Below are positions 19,038-29,643 of a DNA stretch of 64,000 nt, piece by piece. Below the pieces are notes generated by a model that was given only the letters and a program-made list of their open reading frames with translations, was not told the DNA's origin and did no database searches. Numbering within the stretch: the stretch's first letter is position 1; the number at the start of each line of letters is the position of its first letter. The DNA comes from an uncultured virus (IMG/VR IMGVR_UViG_3300028048_000125) (taxonomy: Duplodnaviria > Heunggongvirae > Uroviricota > Caudoviricetes), in IMG/VR virus record IMGVR_UViG_3300028048_000125; one strand, 5' to 3'. Made by a program: the position numbers and the translations under genes.

Positions 19038-19421
19038 TTATGCTTCCACTGGCTGATACATACGAAGCAACCCTAGACCAAGGCCCTTCGGAAACTTCTC
19101 ATGGAAGCTTCTGGCTTTCTCAGTGATCCAAGCATCAGATAATACCACAATACGATCTATTTTGCCATCAGGGCGCCTCGCAAACTCAGACGCCTCGGAA
19201 GAGTAGATAATGCGCATAAACATCCTGCCATGATTGCCATAAACTAAAGTGAACGGCTGCATCGACTGCACTGCGGTCTGCTTTGAAGACTGGGTTCCTC
19301 TGGCAAGTGCAGGCAAATCCCGAGTCTCCAGATCTTCTAAGTCATCAAGGTCTGCATCCGAACATAGGACGTATGTATCATAGTCACCTCCTATGTAAAA
19401 AACAGATCCGTGTTCTACCAT
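19038..19421 (-). CDS. hypothetical protein
   Basis: 127 aa ORF. Confidence 0.6.
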   Translation of the reverse strand: MVEHGSVFYIGGDYDTYVLCSDADLDDLEDLETRDLPALARGTQSSKQTAVQSMQPFTLVYGNHGRMFMRIIYSSEASEFARRPDGKIDRIVVLSDAWITEKARSFHEKFPKGLGLGLLRMYQPVEA

Positions 19422-19645
19422 GCAGGTTCTTCCGTATCCCAGGTTTTAAGCTGGATCTCATCGGCCGCCGTTACAGTGAACACCTTATCCGTATAATGGA
19501 TCAAGTCCTGTGTGCGCAGTGTCTGTGCAGTAATCAGTATCACGATGGAAAAGATAGGATCGAACATGATAAAAATATCTCCATATTGTCATTCTTCTAT
19601 TATCACTCTATGATGCCATCAATTAAGTGCATAATAAAGCAGCGG

Positions 19646-20206
19646 TTATTCCCAGTCGTCTTCGTCCATGTCGCGGAACATGTCATCAACATCATACAGG
19701 ATGTCCGGCGTTCTGGGACCAGGAAGGATCGAGGATGCAAGGAATGCGTACTTGTTACCCTTCTTATGCATCATACAGCCGATAGCTATCATTGGTATGT
19801 CATGCTCACCGCAGTAAGCAGCCAGCTTGCTTACAAGTTTGCTGTAGCCATCCATCACTTCCGGTTCACATTCAAAATACTCACTGATACGGGCGCCATT
19901 ATTGCCGATGAAGGTATGAGTTTTCTTATCGTAGTCGCACTCGGTGCACTGGCTAATTGGTCGACCGCTCTCCAGCGCCTCCTTCCGCTCCTTGACCTGT
20001 TTCTTAAAAAGAGCCTTTTCAGCAGCAGCTGGCGTCGTATAAAGATTTGGGCGGTCGTAGTAGCGAAGCTTAGTATCAAGATCCAGTTCATAAGGCAGCC
20101 AATCGTCGTCTTCCTTAATGGCTTTGATCTTGGACATGATGATCTCGTTATGTGCGTTAATGGCGAACACAGTGTCGCCGACTTTAAGCTTTTTATATCT
20201 TGCCAT
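19646..20206 (-). CDS. family B protein with extra domain
   Basis: LKVGDTVF ... LYTTPAAA. Confidence 0.7.
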   Translation of the reverse strand: MARYKKLKVGDTVFAINAHNEIIMSKIKAIKEDDDWLPYELDLDTKLRYYDRPNLYTTPAAAEKALFKKQVKERKEALESGRPISQCTECDYDKKTHTFIGNNGARISEYFECEPEVMDGYSKLVSKLAAYCGEHDIPMIAIGCMMHKKGNKYAFLASSILPGPRTPDILYDVDDMFRDMDEDDWE

Positions 20207-20303
20207 CAGTAACTCCTAACAGTTATTATAAGACTACTGTAGCCTAAAAATAAAGCCCGCTTATTAGGCGGGCTTTGTGTGTTCGAATAGTAGCCGGTTG
20301 TGT

Positions 20304-21284
20304 TTATGGCAACACCTTCTTAGCTTTGGCCTCTTCTGGAGTTGCCCAACGCCAATGTAACACAGGACGACCGTTGCGATTGGTGACTGTGTTTTTCCCG
20401 GTTGAGAAGCGCTTACAGCTTGCCACTATATTACAGCGCAACACTCCGGCCTGTCTTGCTGCCTCATGCACAGCCTCATAAAATACAGGTGGATCAGTTA
20501 GACAAATAACAGCTTTATTTAAATGTGCCTGTTGATCCTTTTTCAGATCGCTAAAGGCCCTAGATTTGAAGAAGCCAAAAGTTACGGGATTATGAAAATT
20601 CTCGCTACTAGAAGCCCATCTTAAATTCTCGGGTCTATTATCTAACTTATTACCGTTGATATGATCCACTGTTGCTTTATTCTCCGGATTCGGAATAAAC
20701 GCCTCTGCTACCACTCTATGCACAGTTAACCATTTACGTGGATTTTTATATCGTAGGCCTAAATATAAATACCCATATCTATCAAGCTTTGGTACAAGTA
20801 ATCTTCCGTTGTGCCTGTTACGGATATCTCCTTTATTGCTAACCTCATAATGTTCTTCATAGCCAACGACAGGCTTCCACTCAATTAGTGGATCTAAAAT
20901 CTGAGGAACAGCCTTCAAATTCCAGACACAATTATTTAATGGGTCACCATCTCGATGCACAAGAATCTCGTTCGATTGCAGAGGAGCAACAAATGTGTTA
21001 TACACCAAATAATCAACACGCACAGTATCGCGCTTATAACCCTCATACTTTGGTCGAATCAATATCACCACAGCAAACCCTCTAGATATGGTTTGTTTGA
21101 TGATATGCTCAGGCCGTCTAGCTCCTCCCGCCGTCCTTACCCTCCCCAGACTGGATATTAAATAGTGATCAGTATAATCCGCTACTGGACGCCACTCTTC
21201 CTCTACAGCAAAGAGATCGGTTTCTTCGTTACACGCTACAGTATTTGTAGCCTCTGTGGACAATACGTCTACATGCTCGTTCAT
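20304..21284 (-). CDS. free-standing HNH homing endonuclease (tandem NUMOD4-HNH units)
   Basis: WRPV..Y...Y.ISSLGRV and WKPVVGYEEHYEVSNKG; VHRVVAEAF...VDHINGNKLDNRPENL. Confidence 0.9.
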   Translation of the reverse strand: MNEHVDVLSTEATNTVACNEETDLFAVEEEWRPVADYTDHYLISSLGRVRTAGGARRPEHIIKQTISRGFAVVILIRPKYEGYKRDTVRVDYLVYNTFVAPLQSNEILVHRDGDPLNNCVWNLKAVPQILDPLIEWKPVVGYEEHYEVSNKGDIRNRHNGRLLVPKLDRYGYLYLGLRYKNPRKWLTVHRVVAEAFIPNPENKATVDHINGNKLDNRPENLRWASSSENFHNPVTFGFFKSRAFSDLKKDQQAHLNKAVICLTDPPVFYEAVHEAARQAGVLRCNIVASCKRFSTGKNTVTNRNGRPVLHWRWATPEEAKAKKVLP

Positions 21285-21372
21285 ACTATGATTCCTTTCA
21301 ATAGTATAGTGTGAATGTTATGACTCACTGTGACTGGACATTGCAGTGAGTCTTTCTTTTTATACTGTAGCG

Positions 21373-22272
21373 TCAAGCATTAAGCCATTCAAACCACACA
21401 TCTTTAAACATGTGTTTGATTTCATCTGCCCTACGAACAAGGTCCGGTATTTGCTTTACCTCATCCAAACTTCCGGTTATCTTCAAAGGATTCCAATAAT
21501 TAAAGTATTTAAAACCAAGGCCATTGCACAGCTTTCTTGTGAAGAGTTTATTTCCGAGCGTAATATATGGAAGAATAATCTCCTTCGCTGTACAAATAAG
21601 ACCTAGATCATTATACCGCTCTACAGTTATCTTATCATCGTCAATGTCATCCCCGCAGCCCATCAAGAGCACCGACATTTGACAGAACGGAATTCTATAG
21701 TGTTCTTTGATAGAACAGACTGCAGATAGGACCGACGAAACATCGATAAGCCCAGCATCCACCAAACAGCTACTTCCATAGGGTCGACCAGAGAAATAAG
21801 TTGGAGCAGCACTTGTATAGCCTGCAACATCCTTCAGAGGCACAGAGTCATAATCATGTACCAGATTTGTAAAAATAAGTAAGCGGTCTTCTGTGATATC
21901 AAGAGCAGGCACACATAATTTTAACTGCGGGTAGACATTCTTGATGTCACCTATAGTCATGTCCCCGATCATCTCGTCCAGCACTCGATCCATAGATGCA
22001 TTATCATACGTGGGACAAGCCAGTGGATTTACCCTCGCCTGCCAGCGCTTCTTAAAGCAATCTTTAGCGCGTTGTTGAAACACAGTATCTATTTCGCCGA
22101 AAGATCTACCTGTTGCATATGCGCATGCAAGCATGCCGCCCGCTGAGCACCCTGATACGACATCAATTCCTTCAAGATTCTGATAACCCGTAGGTAACGT
22201 TCCGAGAAAATGCGCCTCACTCGCCGCAAAAATTCCACCGCCTTCTAATACAAGTACCCGTAGTGTCTTCAT
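21373..22272 (-). CDS. patatin-like phospholipase
   Basis: LEGGG, GCSAG (GxSxG), SAAPTYF, DAG. Confidence 0.88.
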   Translation of the reverse strand: MKTLRVLVLEGGGIFAASEAHFLGTLPTGYQNLEGIDVVSGCSAGGMLACAYATGRSFGEIDTVFQQRAKDCFKKRWQARVNPLACPTYDNASMDRVLDEMIGDMTIGDIKNVYPQLKLCVPALDITEDRLLIFTNLVHDYDSVPLKDVAGYTSAAPTYFSGRPYGSSCLVDAGLIDVSSVLSAVCSIKEHYRIPFCQMSVLLMGCGDDIDDDKITVERYNDLGLICTAKEIILPYITLGNKLFTRKLCNGLGFKYFNYWNPLKITGSLDEVKQIPDLVRRADEIKHMFKDVWFEWLNA

Positions 22273-22604
22273 AGTAGACTCCTTTTTAAGTAGTTACTTA
22301 CTATGAGACACAACGGGTCAATCCTCCTACAACTCTATTTCCTTGTTTGCTGTAGCTCGAAGGTCTTTCTCCTTCTGGTACTCTTTCTCATACTTGCGAC
22401 AGAGTCCGTCCATCCAAGCGGGGACAGTATACTCTTCGTATGGCAGCTCATGCTTGCACGTACCATCAACTTCCGGTTTGAAAGCTGACATGCTAACGAG
22501 AGCGTGCTGACCATCCAGCCGCTTGATCGAACGACCACAGGTATCAGCCTTCTGACACTGACGGTTCATGCAGAAAGTCTTGTCGAATCCTGGCATAAGA
22601 CCTC

Positions 22605-22955
22605 CTAAATGCACCCACCACAACAGCCGGGCTCTACGTTGTCATTGAACAGATCGATCAGCTGCGGCAGCAATTCCTTGATGTCGACCGGGAACTTCGG
22701 CTCATCAAGCATCCGAATCTCCAAGAGCCACGGAGCACCCACACTCCCCATGTTTCCCTTGTCGTCTCCCCAGATGTGACCTCCGGACATCCAGAACTCT
22801 GGATAATTTGGTACACCGTCATCGGAGGTCTTGCCTTTCTCGCCCAGGCAGTAGTTGCCAAATGAGACAAGCTTACCATCGATGCGCACGAACAGCCGAC
22901 CTGAACAAAGGTTCGGATATCGTCCGGTGTACTCCACAAACTCCAACTTGCTCAT
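22605..22955 (-). CDS. hypothetical phage protein
   Basis: YPNLCSG ... C-terminal CCGGCI. Confidence 0.65.
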   Translation of the reverse strand: MSKLEFVEYTGRYPNLCSGRLFVRIDGKLVSFGNYCLGEKGKTSDDGVPNYPEFWMSGGHIWGDDKGNMGSVGAPWLLEIRMLDEPKFPVDIKELLPQLIDLFNDNVEPGCCGGCI

Positions 22956-23097
22956 TCTGTCATCTGCCTTTCTGCGTTCTCGACACTAATGTCCTGTATC
23001 TGATTGGACTGCTTCAGATTCTCTTTCACTGCAGTGAATCCGAGACATCCGACAGCTGCAAGTAGCAGCACGAAGATAAGGAATGTCAAACGTTCGC

Positions 23098-23538
23098 TCA
23101 TGGCAGCCTTTCCCCGGTTAGGGTTACGCATAAGGAGTCAATTGAATTCAAGACATACGTGAAGACCAGGCTTGCATCCTGCTGGCTATGCCCCTTGTCC
23201 CGTAAGATAGCACGAATGATATCCCATTTACGGAAAGCAATAGGCGCCTTCTGGCTATCCGGCTTCTCCAGCTGATTAAAGATGGCTCTTGCAGCTTCAT
23301 AGTTACCAATGTCCTTTTCCCAGAGAATGTCATACAGCTCTTGCCAATCCTTCAGATAGTTGACAGCTTTCTGCAGATCCTCTACCGTCTTCTCGGGCGC
23401 CTTGGTTCCTGCGCGCCACACATACTTGATCACATTGCCAGGATCAAACCCCAGCATTCGAGCAATCGCCCGACACTGTGTGGGCTTAGTTGTGAACAGA
23501 TCCGCATAATGCGGAGGTTTGTTGACCATGTCTTCCAT
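23098..23538 (-). CDS. DUF3310-like phage protein
   Basis: VNKPPHY ... GNVIKYVWRAG ... EDLQKA; start moved to MEDMV. Confidence 0.75.
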   Translation of the reverse strand: MEDMVNKPPHYADLFTTKPTQCRAIARMLGFDPGNVIKYVWRAGTKAPEKTVEDLQKAVNYLKDWQELYDILWEKDIGNYEAARAIFNQLEKPDSQKAPIAFRKWDIIRAILRDKGHSQQDASLVFTYVLNSIDSLCVTLTGERLP

Positions 23539-23811
23539 CTGTTTCTCCTTAGTAGCGTGGTGACCATGCGTCGCAGGTATCGCAGATGTCGTAGATCTCG
23601 TCCTGCTTCTCATCGCAGTAGGCCTGCAAGCCTGTGGTTCCATAGTGCGTGCAGCTTCTGCAAGTGTGCCTCTGATGTACGGCTACCGGTTCGTCCCAAT
23701 AGCCATCATCATAGGCTTCCTCGTTTGCGGCGTCTTCCAGATCAGGGTCGTAGTCGTCCTGCAAGTTGGCGTCTTTGCTTAGATCGTCGAACATGTCCTC
23801 GATCTCGTCTG

Positions 23812-24189
23812 TCATTTTGGTTCTCCTTCTGGTGTTGATTTGGTGATTTTGATTGTATTGCATAACGCGCATTTATACAAAAGGCGCCCTGTCGGCTCGT
23901 TAACAAAGTCGGTCTCTGCCTCGACGAAAAACCACTGATGATCACAGTCCTCGTGAAGCTCTTCTTTAATATTGTCAGCCATATCCTCCAGTAGTTCTTC
24001 CAACGATTCAGGTGCATCTTCCATGCTTGCTGAAGCGAGTTGTTTCCACTCTCCTATCTCGATGGATAATATCCTATCATCATCGAAGTAGTAGAGCTCA
24101 ATACCTAGCTCTTTTATTGTTTGCGCCAGCGTACGCAATGCATTTACAGCATAGCGCTTCGCCTCTATGCTGTCATTAAACTGTGTCAT
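23812..24189 (-). CDS. hypothetical protein with C-terminal Zn ribbon
   Basis: CDH...CALC. Confidence 0.6.
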   Translation of the reverse strand: MTQFNDSIEAKRYAVNALRTLAQTIKELGIELYYFDDDRILSIEIGEWKQLASASMEDAPESLEELLEDMADNIKEELHEDCDHQWFFVEAETDFVNEPTGRLLYKCALCNTIKITKSTPEGEPK

Positions 24190-26456
24190 CTGCTGTCTCC
24201 TTCTGGTGTTAGGTTGTACGGATAGTCCTTGTTACCCAGTGCTATCCATTCGTTACGGATTGTGATAATTGATTTGAGCGGTAACAACTCATTTGGTATC
24301 GACTGAATATAGCGGATGATTGATTGTGCTTTGTCATCCCACTTATCCCAGTTGATCTCGATGTCCGGATGCTCCTGCAGGGCTTCCTTGATGTTGCGCA
24401 GCCTGCGCCATATCGTGTAATATGCTGTCTTAAGCTTCAGCATGTAGCCAGCAGCATCCTGTAAGACCCATCCCTCGACAGGATGTGTGATCATAGCAGG
24501 ACCTTTAAGATCGATCCACTTGCTATCGAGCACAGGTTCCAGCTCTTCCCAGTTGTCAAACTGTCGGTCGAACACAACAGGATGACACTCATTCAGCTGA
24601 TCCCACACGAAGTCGTTGTACTCATCATTGCTGATGGTCTCGAATCTGACTTTATTATATACAGCGTTCAGTAGATAGGCTCGGTCATAGTAACCATCAA
24701 CTGTAAACTCAGATATAATATGCGGATCATCTTCGCTGCAGATCTCCCACAGCAAGGTTACATCCTTTTCGCGCATGAACGCTTCGATCGCTTCAGCATC
24801 TTCGGAGCAAGTCTTGAAGTATTGCTGAAGAACACGCTTGCCTATTGAGACATGCTGGCCCTCTGTAGTGGACTTCGACGCATAGAAGATGCTCTTGGTA
24901 TATGGATTCCAGCTGGTCAGCATAAGAAAGCCATTATACTTCCGTTTAGCGACAACCGGGAACTGCAGATGCTCCTTAAGCCATTCCTTGCTGTTGAACA
25001 GGCCGTCATGCTCGTTTGCATGGAAGAACTTGTCGAAACCTCGCGCCAGGATCTTCCAATGGATGGTATCCACAAATAGTCCACGAGCAATCTTATTCAG
25101 ATCATCCCAGGCCATGCTGTAGAAGACATCTCTTGTGAAGTTAAAGGATGACACGCCATTAGGGAGCTGCTTCTCTGCAACACCTTTAGCGTCCCTGAGA
25201 TTCGATACCAGTAACTCTGCCACTTCCTGGGGCGTAGCTGTAGCTTTCCCCTCCAGGATATCAACGCGTCTGCGTAGTGACATACCTTCTCTGTGCACCG
25301 GATTGTCAAAAGACAGGTAATATGTGTCATGGGCATCCACGCCATAGACACGCAGAGGTTCGCCGAATTCGACAGCCGAGCACAGGTTGATGCTTGTCTC
25401 TGTCTCATCAATGGCGTACTGATACCAGTTACGGTGACCATGGACTTGGATAAGATCGGGACCGTAGCACTTCTCGCACCAGGCCCTGTCGACGTCTTCT
25501 TCGTAGGCACCACCACGAGTGAACATCTTGGTCGGTACATACAGCAGATGATCTGGCATATAGCCGATACCTGCATGTGTGACCAGATAGCGCTTACCAT
25601 GGAAAGTGAAATAGAAGAACTGTCCCCAACGGGAAGCCCACTCACGCAGATGCTTCTTGTTGATGGTCTCAATCTGCGGCATCGTGTTCAGCAGGAACTC
25701 TTTGGACTTGATCTCATCGACTCTGTCATTGGCCCATAATGTTTCCCAAATATGGTTTCCTTCCAGGAACACGACATTCATCTTGTGACGTTGTTCAATG
25801 AGCAGCTCCAATGTTTCTTTGTTCTGGACGCCGCGATCGACATAGTCGCCAACAAAGATGATAAGATCCTTTTCCTGGAATCCGCCTGTATAATCATAGA
25901 ACGCCTTAAGCGGTTCGTAGCATCCGTGGACATCCCCGCATATGAACACCCGCTCATAGCAGTTAGCATCCATCGGTGCAATATCACCGTTGGCGATCTC
26001 TTCAGTCACAGGCTTCACACGATTTGGCAGATCATTGTTACCGAGCCTCCAATTAGATACTAAGATCACATGTTCAGGCACTCTGTTAAGTGGTGGTCGC
26101 TTTGCATTGCGTTCCAGACACTCCTCCAGAGTCGCTTCCATCTGCTTAACATACACACGATACCGATACTGCTCAGCCATCTTCAACCAACGCGCCGGAT
26201 GAATATTCTGCGCATCGAGGACGATAAACTGTCCATTCTTCATGCGCAATTCCACTATCTGCTCAATGAACTCCCAGACAGCAGTCTCATTACGTTGGCT
26301 GATATGTTCCTCGCCAGTCAATGCATCGATCTCTGGTGAAGAAAACATGAGCCGTACCTGATCCGAAGAAACAGTGTACGGCTCTAAACGATGCTGCGCC
26401 ACCCATGTACTTTTTCCGGAGCCTGGAGCTCCTCTTAGTAAAATCAAGTCACGCAT
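24186..26456 (-). CDS. polynucleotide kinase / metallophosphoesterase / RNA ligase fusion
   Basis: GAPGSGKS; GDVHG, GDYVDRG, GNH; KYNG, EGWV, KLK ligase motifs. Confidence 0.88.
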   Translation of the reverse strand: MRDLILLRGAPGSGKSTWVAQHRLEPYTVSSDQVRLMFSSPEIDALTGEEHISQRNETAVWEFIEQIVELRMKNGQFIVLDAQNIHPARWLKMAEQYRYRVYVKQMEATLEECLERNAKRPPLNRVPEHVILVSNWRLGNNDLPNRVKPVTEEIANGDIAPMDANCYERVFICGDVHGCYEPLKAFYDYTGGFQEKDLIIFVGDYVDRGVQNKETLELLIEQRHKMNVVFLEGNHIWETLWANDRVDEIKSKEFLLNTMPQIETINKKHLREWASRWGQFFYFTFHGKRYLVTHAGIGYMPDHLLYVPTKMFTRGGAYEEDVDRAWCEKCYGPDLIQVHGHRNWYQYAIDETETSINLCSAVEFGEPLRVYGVDAHDTYYLSFDNPVHREGMSLRRRVDILEGKATATPQEVAELLVSNLRDAKGVAEKQLPNGVSSFNFTRDVFYSMAWDDLNKIARGLFVDTIHWKILARGFDKFFHANEHDGLFNSKEWLKEHLQFPVVAKRKYNGFLMLTSWNPYTKSIFYASKSTTEGQHVSIGKRVLQQYFKTCSEDAEAIEAFMREKDVTLLWEICSEDDPHIISEFTVDGYYDRAYLLNAVYNKVRFETISNDEYNDFVWDQLNECHPVVFDRQFDNWEELEPVLDSKWIDLKGPAMITHPVEGWVLQDAAGYMLKLKTAYYTIWRRLRNIKEALQEHPDIEINWDKWDDKAQSIIRYIQSIPNELLPLKSIITIRNEWIALGNKDYPYNLTPEGDSR

Positions 26457-26722
26457 GTGGCTCCTTACGATATAATGAATGTTATGAGTTTAAATGCACC
26501 ATATCCTATGCCACTTATTGCAGCAATCCCTATGATGCAGATCACTAAACAACTATCTGCAGAACACAGACAACCTCCTCCGTATTCAGGCATATCACGG
26601 CTCCTTCTTGGTTTTTAGTGGTTTGAACTCTCGGCATACATGATCGCGAGAGTGTGCATCCCGTTTGTGTTTCTTACAGAAATGCAGCGGACTATAATGA
26701 CGGCACTTATTACAGCGGTCGC

Positions 26723-26995
26723 TCATGACGTAACTCCTGGCTCAATTACGTATTGCCCTGCGTACCTGAGATGATATCTCTGTACGAATGAACATCCGCA
26801 GCTCCGGCAGCTACAACTCACATAGAATCCATCTATGTTTCTGCCCTGCGGAGAATAGAACGGATGCATCAGAACGACATCACCAAGTCCGGCATTCTCA
26901 TCGTCATGTCGTTCCTCTTCGATGTCGTCTGATCCACACTCAGGGCAATGCCCCTGCATGTTATTGAAGTCTTCAAGGGTCATGCCGACCTCCAC
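26723..26995 (-). CDS. small Zn-ribbon protein
   Basis: CPECGS ... CRSCG. Confidence 0.65.
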   Translation of the reverse strand: MEVGMTLEDFNNMQGHCPECGSDDIEEERHDDENAGLGDVVLMHPFYSPQGRNIDGFYVSCSCRSCGCSFVQRYHLRYAGQYVIEPGVTS

Positions 26996-27016
26996 TTCTC
27001 AGATATGATGCGATCA

Positions 27017-27232
27017 TCATTCATCGATACCCTCGTCGACATCGTGCCAAAGACCCTCTTCGTCATAGACGCCAATGAAAGACATAATATAGCCTTCCTT
27101 GTAGTCTTTGCCGCAATCTCTGCAATGAGCTGCATATGTAACGGTGTCATCAGAGTCATCGATTGAATCGAACGCGAGATTAAAGCTGCCGCAATAAGGA
27201 CACTTTCCGGGTTCGTTGAATTTAATTTTCAT
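27017..27232 (-). CDS. small Zn-ribbon protein, tandem paralog
   Basis: CPYCGS ... CRDCG. Confidence 0.65.
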   Translation of the reverse strand: MKIKFNEPGKCPYCGSFNLAFDSIDDSDDTVTYAAHCRDCGKDYKEGYIMSFIGVYDEEGLWHDVDEGIDE

Positions 27233-27473
27233 GTTCCGCCATTTCTGCAGCCTTTGCAGCTGCTGCTCTTAAGCGTTGAGGATTCATGATGCGATTGCCT
27301 GTACCTACAGGGATCTCAATAACGGGCTCGTGGTCCACCACTTTGATAGTCATGCGATGACCGTCGAAGATGATAGACTCAATACCAGAAACCGCCATAG
27401 CATCCGCTATCTGCTCGAAGCCTTGGGCAGCGAACAGAAGAGCGCCTTTGCGAGGACGTTTAAACGTACTCAT
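27222..27473 (-). CDS. hypothetical protein
   Basis: 83 aa ORF with AGGAG RBS. Confidence 0.6.
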   Translation of the reverse strand: MSTFKRPRKGALLFAAQGFEQIADAMAVSGIESIIFDGHRMTIKVVDHEPVIEIPVGTGNRIMNPQRLRAAAAKAAEMAEHEN

Positions 27474-27510
27474 CGATCAGTTCTCCTGTTGGTAGTAGAT
27501 GTAAAATTCA

Positions 27511-28629
27511 TTAGTACTCCTTCTGTTGTTGTAGGTATTCGAGGAACTTGGGCCTGATCATCTTGGCGGCTTCGCTCTTTGCCTGCTTCAGCACCTTCAT
27601 AAAGTTGAAGTCATCAACACTGAACTCTGCCTCAAGGCATTTGATCTCGCCCCCGTGGTCCTTATTGAAGTCCTTGTCCGCATCATCCAGGAAGGCTTTC
27701 AGCAGCGTGCCAAAGTCCTTCTGGGTAATGTGACTGGTGTCCATCTTCGACAAGACAGACATCATGCGAGATTCGGTGACATACTCCATGTAGATGCCAA
27801 ACCACTTTAGATCAAGCTCTGTCATGGGAGACGGAGGATTTTTTACCTTGTTGGTCTTAGTTCCTCTCTCAAGGAAGATCTGGTTCTTGTTCTTGCAGAT
27901 CACACGTTCACCATTGGGGAACCGAAGTTCTCTGCCGGGCTTGATGACAACTCCTTCGACAATATTGTGCTCAAGCTTTGGCAGCCCAAACATCAGATGA
28001 CCAAGCTCATCCTCGAAATCATTGGGGTAGGAGATGGTTTCGTCAAAGGATCCACGAAACATGATCAATTGGCTGTACAGCCCGACTTTTGCACATATGA
28101 ACTGCACCTCATCGGGTGTCAGATAATACGAAGTCGGTGTTGGTGTGCAGATGGTGACGCGGATGTCAAACACAACCCAGCGGTTATCCGGACAGTAGTT
28201 GACGCGGCCTTGGAGTTTCTGCGCACCCTTGACAGGTTCCACGTCAGGATGCCTGTACACTCCTCCAATGAGTTCTCCAAAGCACTGGAACACAACAGGA
28301 TACACATTTGTGCCTACCAGCACCATATCCTTAGTTCCCCGGTTCATTTCCTTGCACCAGAACTCCTTAGCGGCCATGACCTTCTCATCCAGATGGTACT
28401 GGGCAACTACCGAGCGATAGTTATTGAAAGAGTCATATCTGTCAAGCTCTTTATTGCGGGAGCCATAGTGTATCTGGTTTTGCTCATCGACAAAGATCTG
28501 CAGGCTGGTGCCGTCCATCTTCAAGGCAGCACACCACTCTGCACATTCTTTATCGAAGCCATTGTCACGCACAGCCTGTATCCAGGAAGGCGAGATATTT
28601 TCAATTTCCGTATAGCGACGGTAGTCCAT
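27511..28629 (-). CDS. RNA ligase 2 (Rnl2 family)
   Basis: KMDG, FGELIGG, FDI, EGVVIKP, CKNKN motifs; start moved to MDYRR. Confidence 0.88.
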   Translation of the reverse strand: MDYRRYTEIENISPSWIQAVRDNGFDKECAEWCAALKMDGTSLQIFVDEQNQIHYGSRNKELDRYDSFNNYRSVVAQYHLDEKVMAAKEFWCKEMNRGTKDMVLVGTNVYPVVFQCFGELIGGVYRHPDVEPVKGAQKLQGRVNYCPDNRWVVFDIRVTICTPTPTSYYLTPDEVQFICAKVGLYSQLIMFRGSFDETISYPNDFEDELGHLMFGLPKLEHNIVEGVVIKPGRELRFPNGERVICKNKNQIFLERGTKTNKVKNPPSPMTELDLKWFGIYMEYVTESRMMSVLSKMDTSHITQKDFGTLLKAFLDDADKDFNKDHGGEIKCLEAEFSVDDFNFMKVLKQAKSEAAKMIRPKFLEYLQQQKEY

Positions 28630-28989
28630 AGGTTCTCCTAGTTTGCGAATAGTTGTAATGTTAATGCAATGATCAACGCCAGCAGCCCGCCGACAAAACC
28701 AGCCCATAGCGGCATATACTTGATGCTCGGACGGTCGAGCTCTCTATCGAGGTCTGCTTGCAGCTCTTGTTTGAAACGTTCGATGTCTTCTTCTGTTTGC
28801 TCTCGAATATCCTTAAAGTATTCCTCCACCCAGTCGAGCGGTGGATTCGGTGCCTCATAGACTTTCTCCTTGTTTTCTTCCATCAGTGTTTTAAGTTCCA
28901 TTGTTGTTCTCCTTAATAGTAAAAAGGAAGGACGCCTCAGTGATTGAAGCGTCCTGTTATTGGTTTGACAGCCTTGCGGCTGTCTGGGG

Positions 28990-29463
28990 TTAGTTGTTTT
29001 CTTCCGGATCGTCGAAGATCTGGTGGAAGAGCTCGGTCGCAGAGAGTTCGCGGTCACAGGGCTTAATACCCATGGTCCGCAAAAACTCATTTCGTCGCGC
29101 TAGATATTTCTTGCGTAGCATAGACCCACAGCGCAAATAGCGTGTATGCAATGCTCGAATCGCACACCAGCGCGTTTTCGGCACTTTTGTCGTGGCCCAC
29201 GCCATGCACATGGCGTGGTATTTCCCTTTTTCTGCATCAGTATAGCTTTCTGACGCATATATGGGTTTGCGGATCAGCTTACCCAATCTGGCTAGCCGCT
29301 CAGCCACGTCGGTGTCCTTACGGACAAGATCTTTTACTGCCAGCATAAACTGAATCTGACAGTATTGAATTCGTTGTTCGTCTGACATAGTGTCCCAGTG
29401 GACACCAACGATTTTCTCCCGCATGTTGGGGATATACGGGTACCTTGGAATCTTGTGTTCCAT
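28990..29463 (-). CDS. basic hypothetical protein
   Basis: 157 aa ORF downstream of promoter motif copy 3. Confidence 0.6.
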   Translation of the reverse strand: MEHKIPRYPYIPNMREKIVGVHWDTMSDEQRIQYCQIQFMLAVKDLVRKDTDVAERLARLGKLIRKPIYASESYTDAEKGKYHAMCMAWATTKVPKTRWCAIRALHTRYLRCGSMLRKKYLARRNEFLRTMGIKPCDRELSATELFHQIFDDPEENN

Positions 29464-29551
29464 AATTAATACCTGGGCTGTTGGGTTAAGAACTAGACCT
29501 ATACGCTGCTTGCCCGCGGCATTGTATAGATGGAGAGTAGGCCCTCCATCT

Positions 29552-29579
29552 TATTATGCCATCAAAACGCAGGTATATT
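29552..29579 (-). promoter_or_regulatory. phage promoter-like motif, copy 3
   Basis: AATAT-N6-GTTTTGATGGCATAATA just downstream of the terminator at about 29594-29621. Confidence 0.6.
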
Positions 29580-29643
29580 CAGTCGCGTAACTAAAATAAA
29601 AGCCGCATTGCTGCGGCTTTAAATGATAGCTAAATAGCAGTTA

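Noticed and set aside
19283..20212. Long plus-strand ORFs such as this one, 45538-46344 and 61233-62033
   Set aside because: Antisense shadows of well-supported minus-strand genes, with no recognisable motifs
21373..22272. Patatin as a CBASS effector
   Set aside because: No adjacent nucleotide cyclase; the E1/E2/JAB genes are about 35 kb away and have their own Ubl genes
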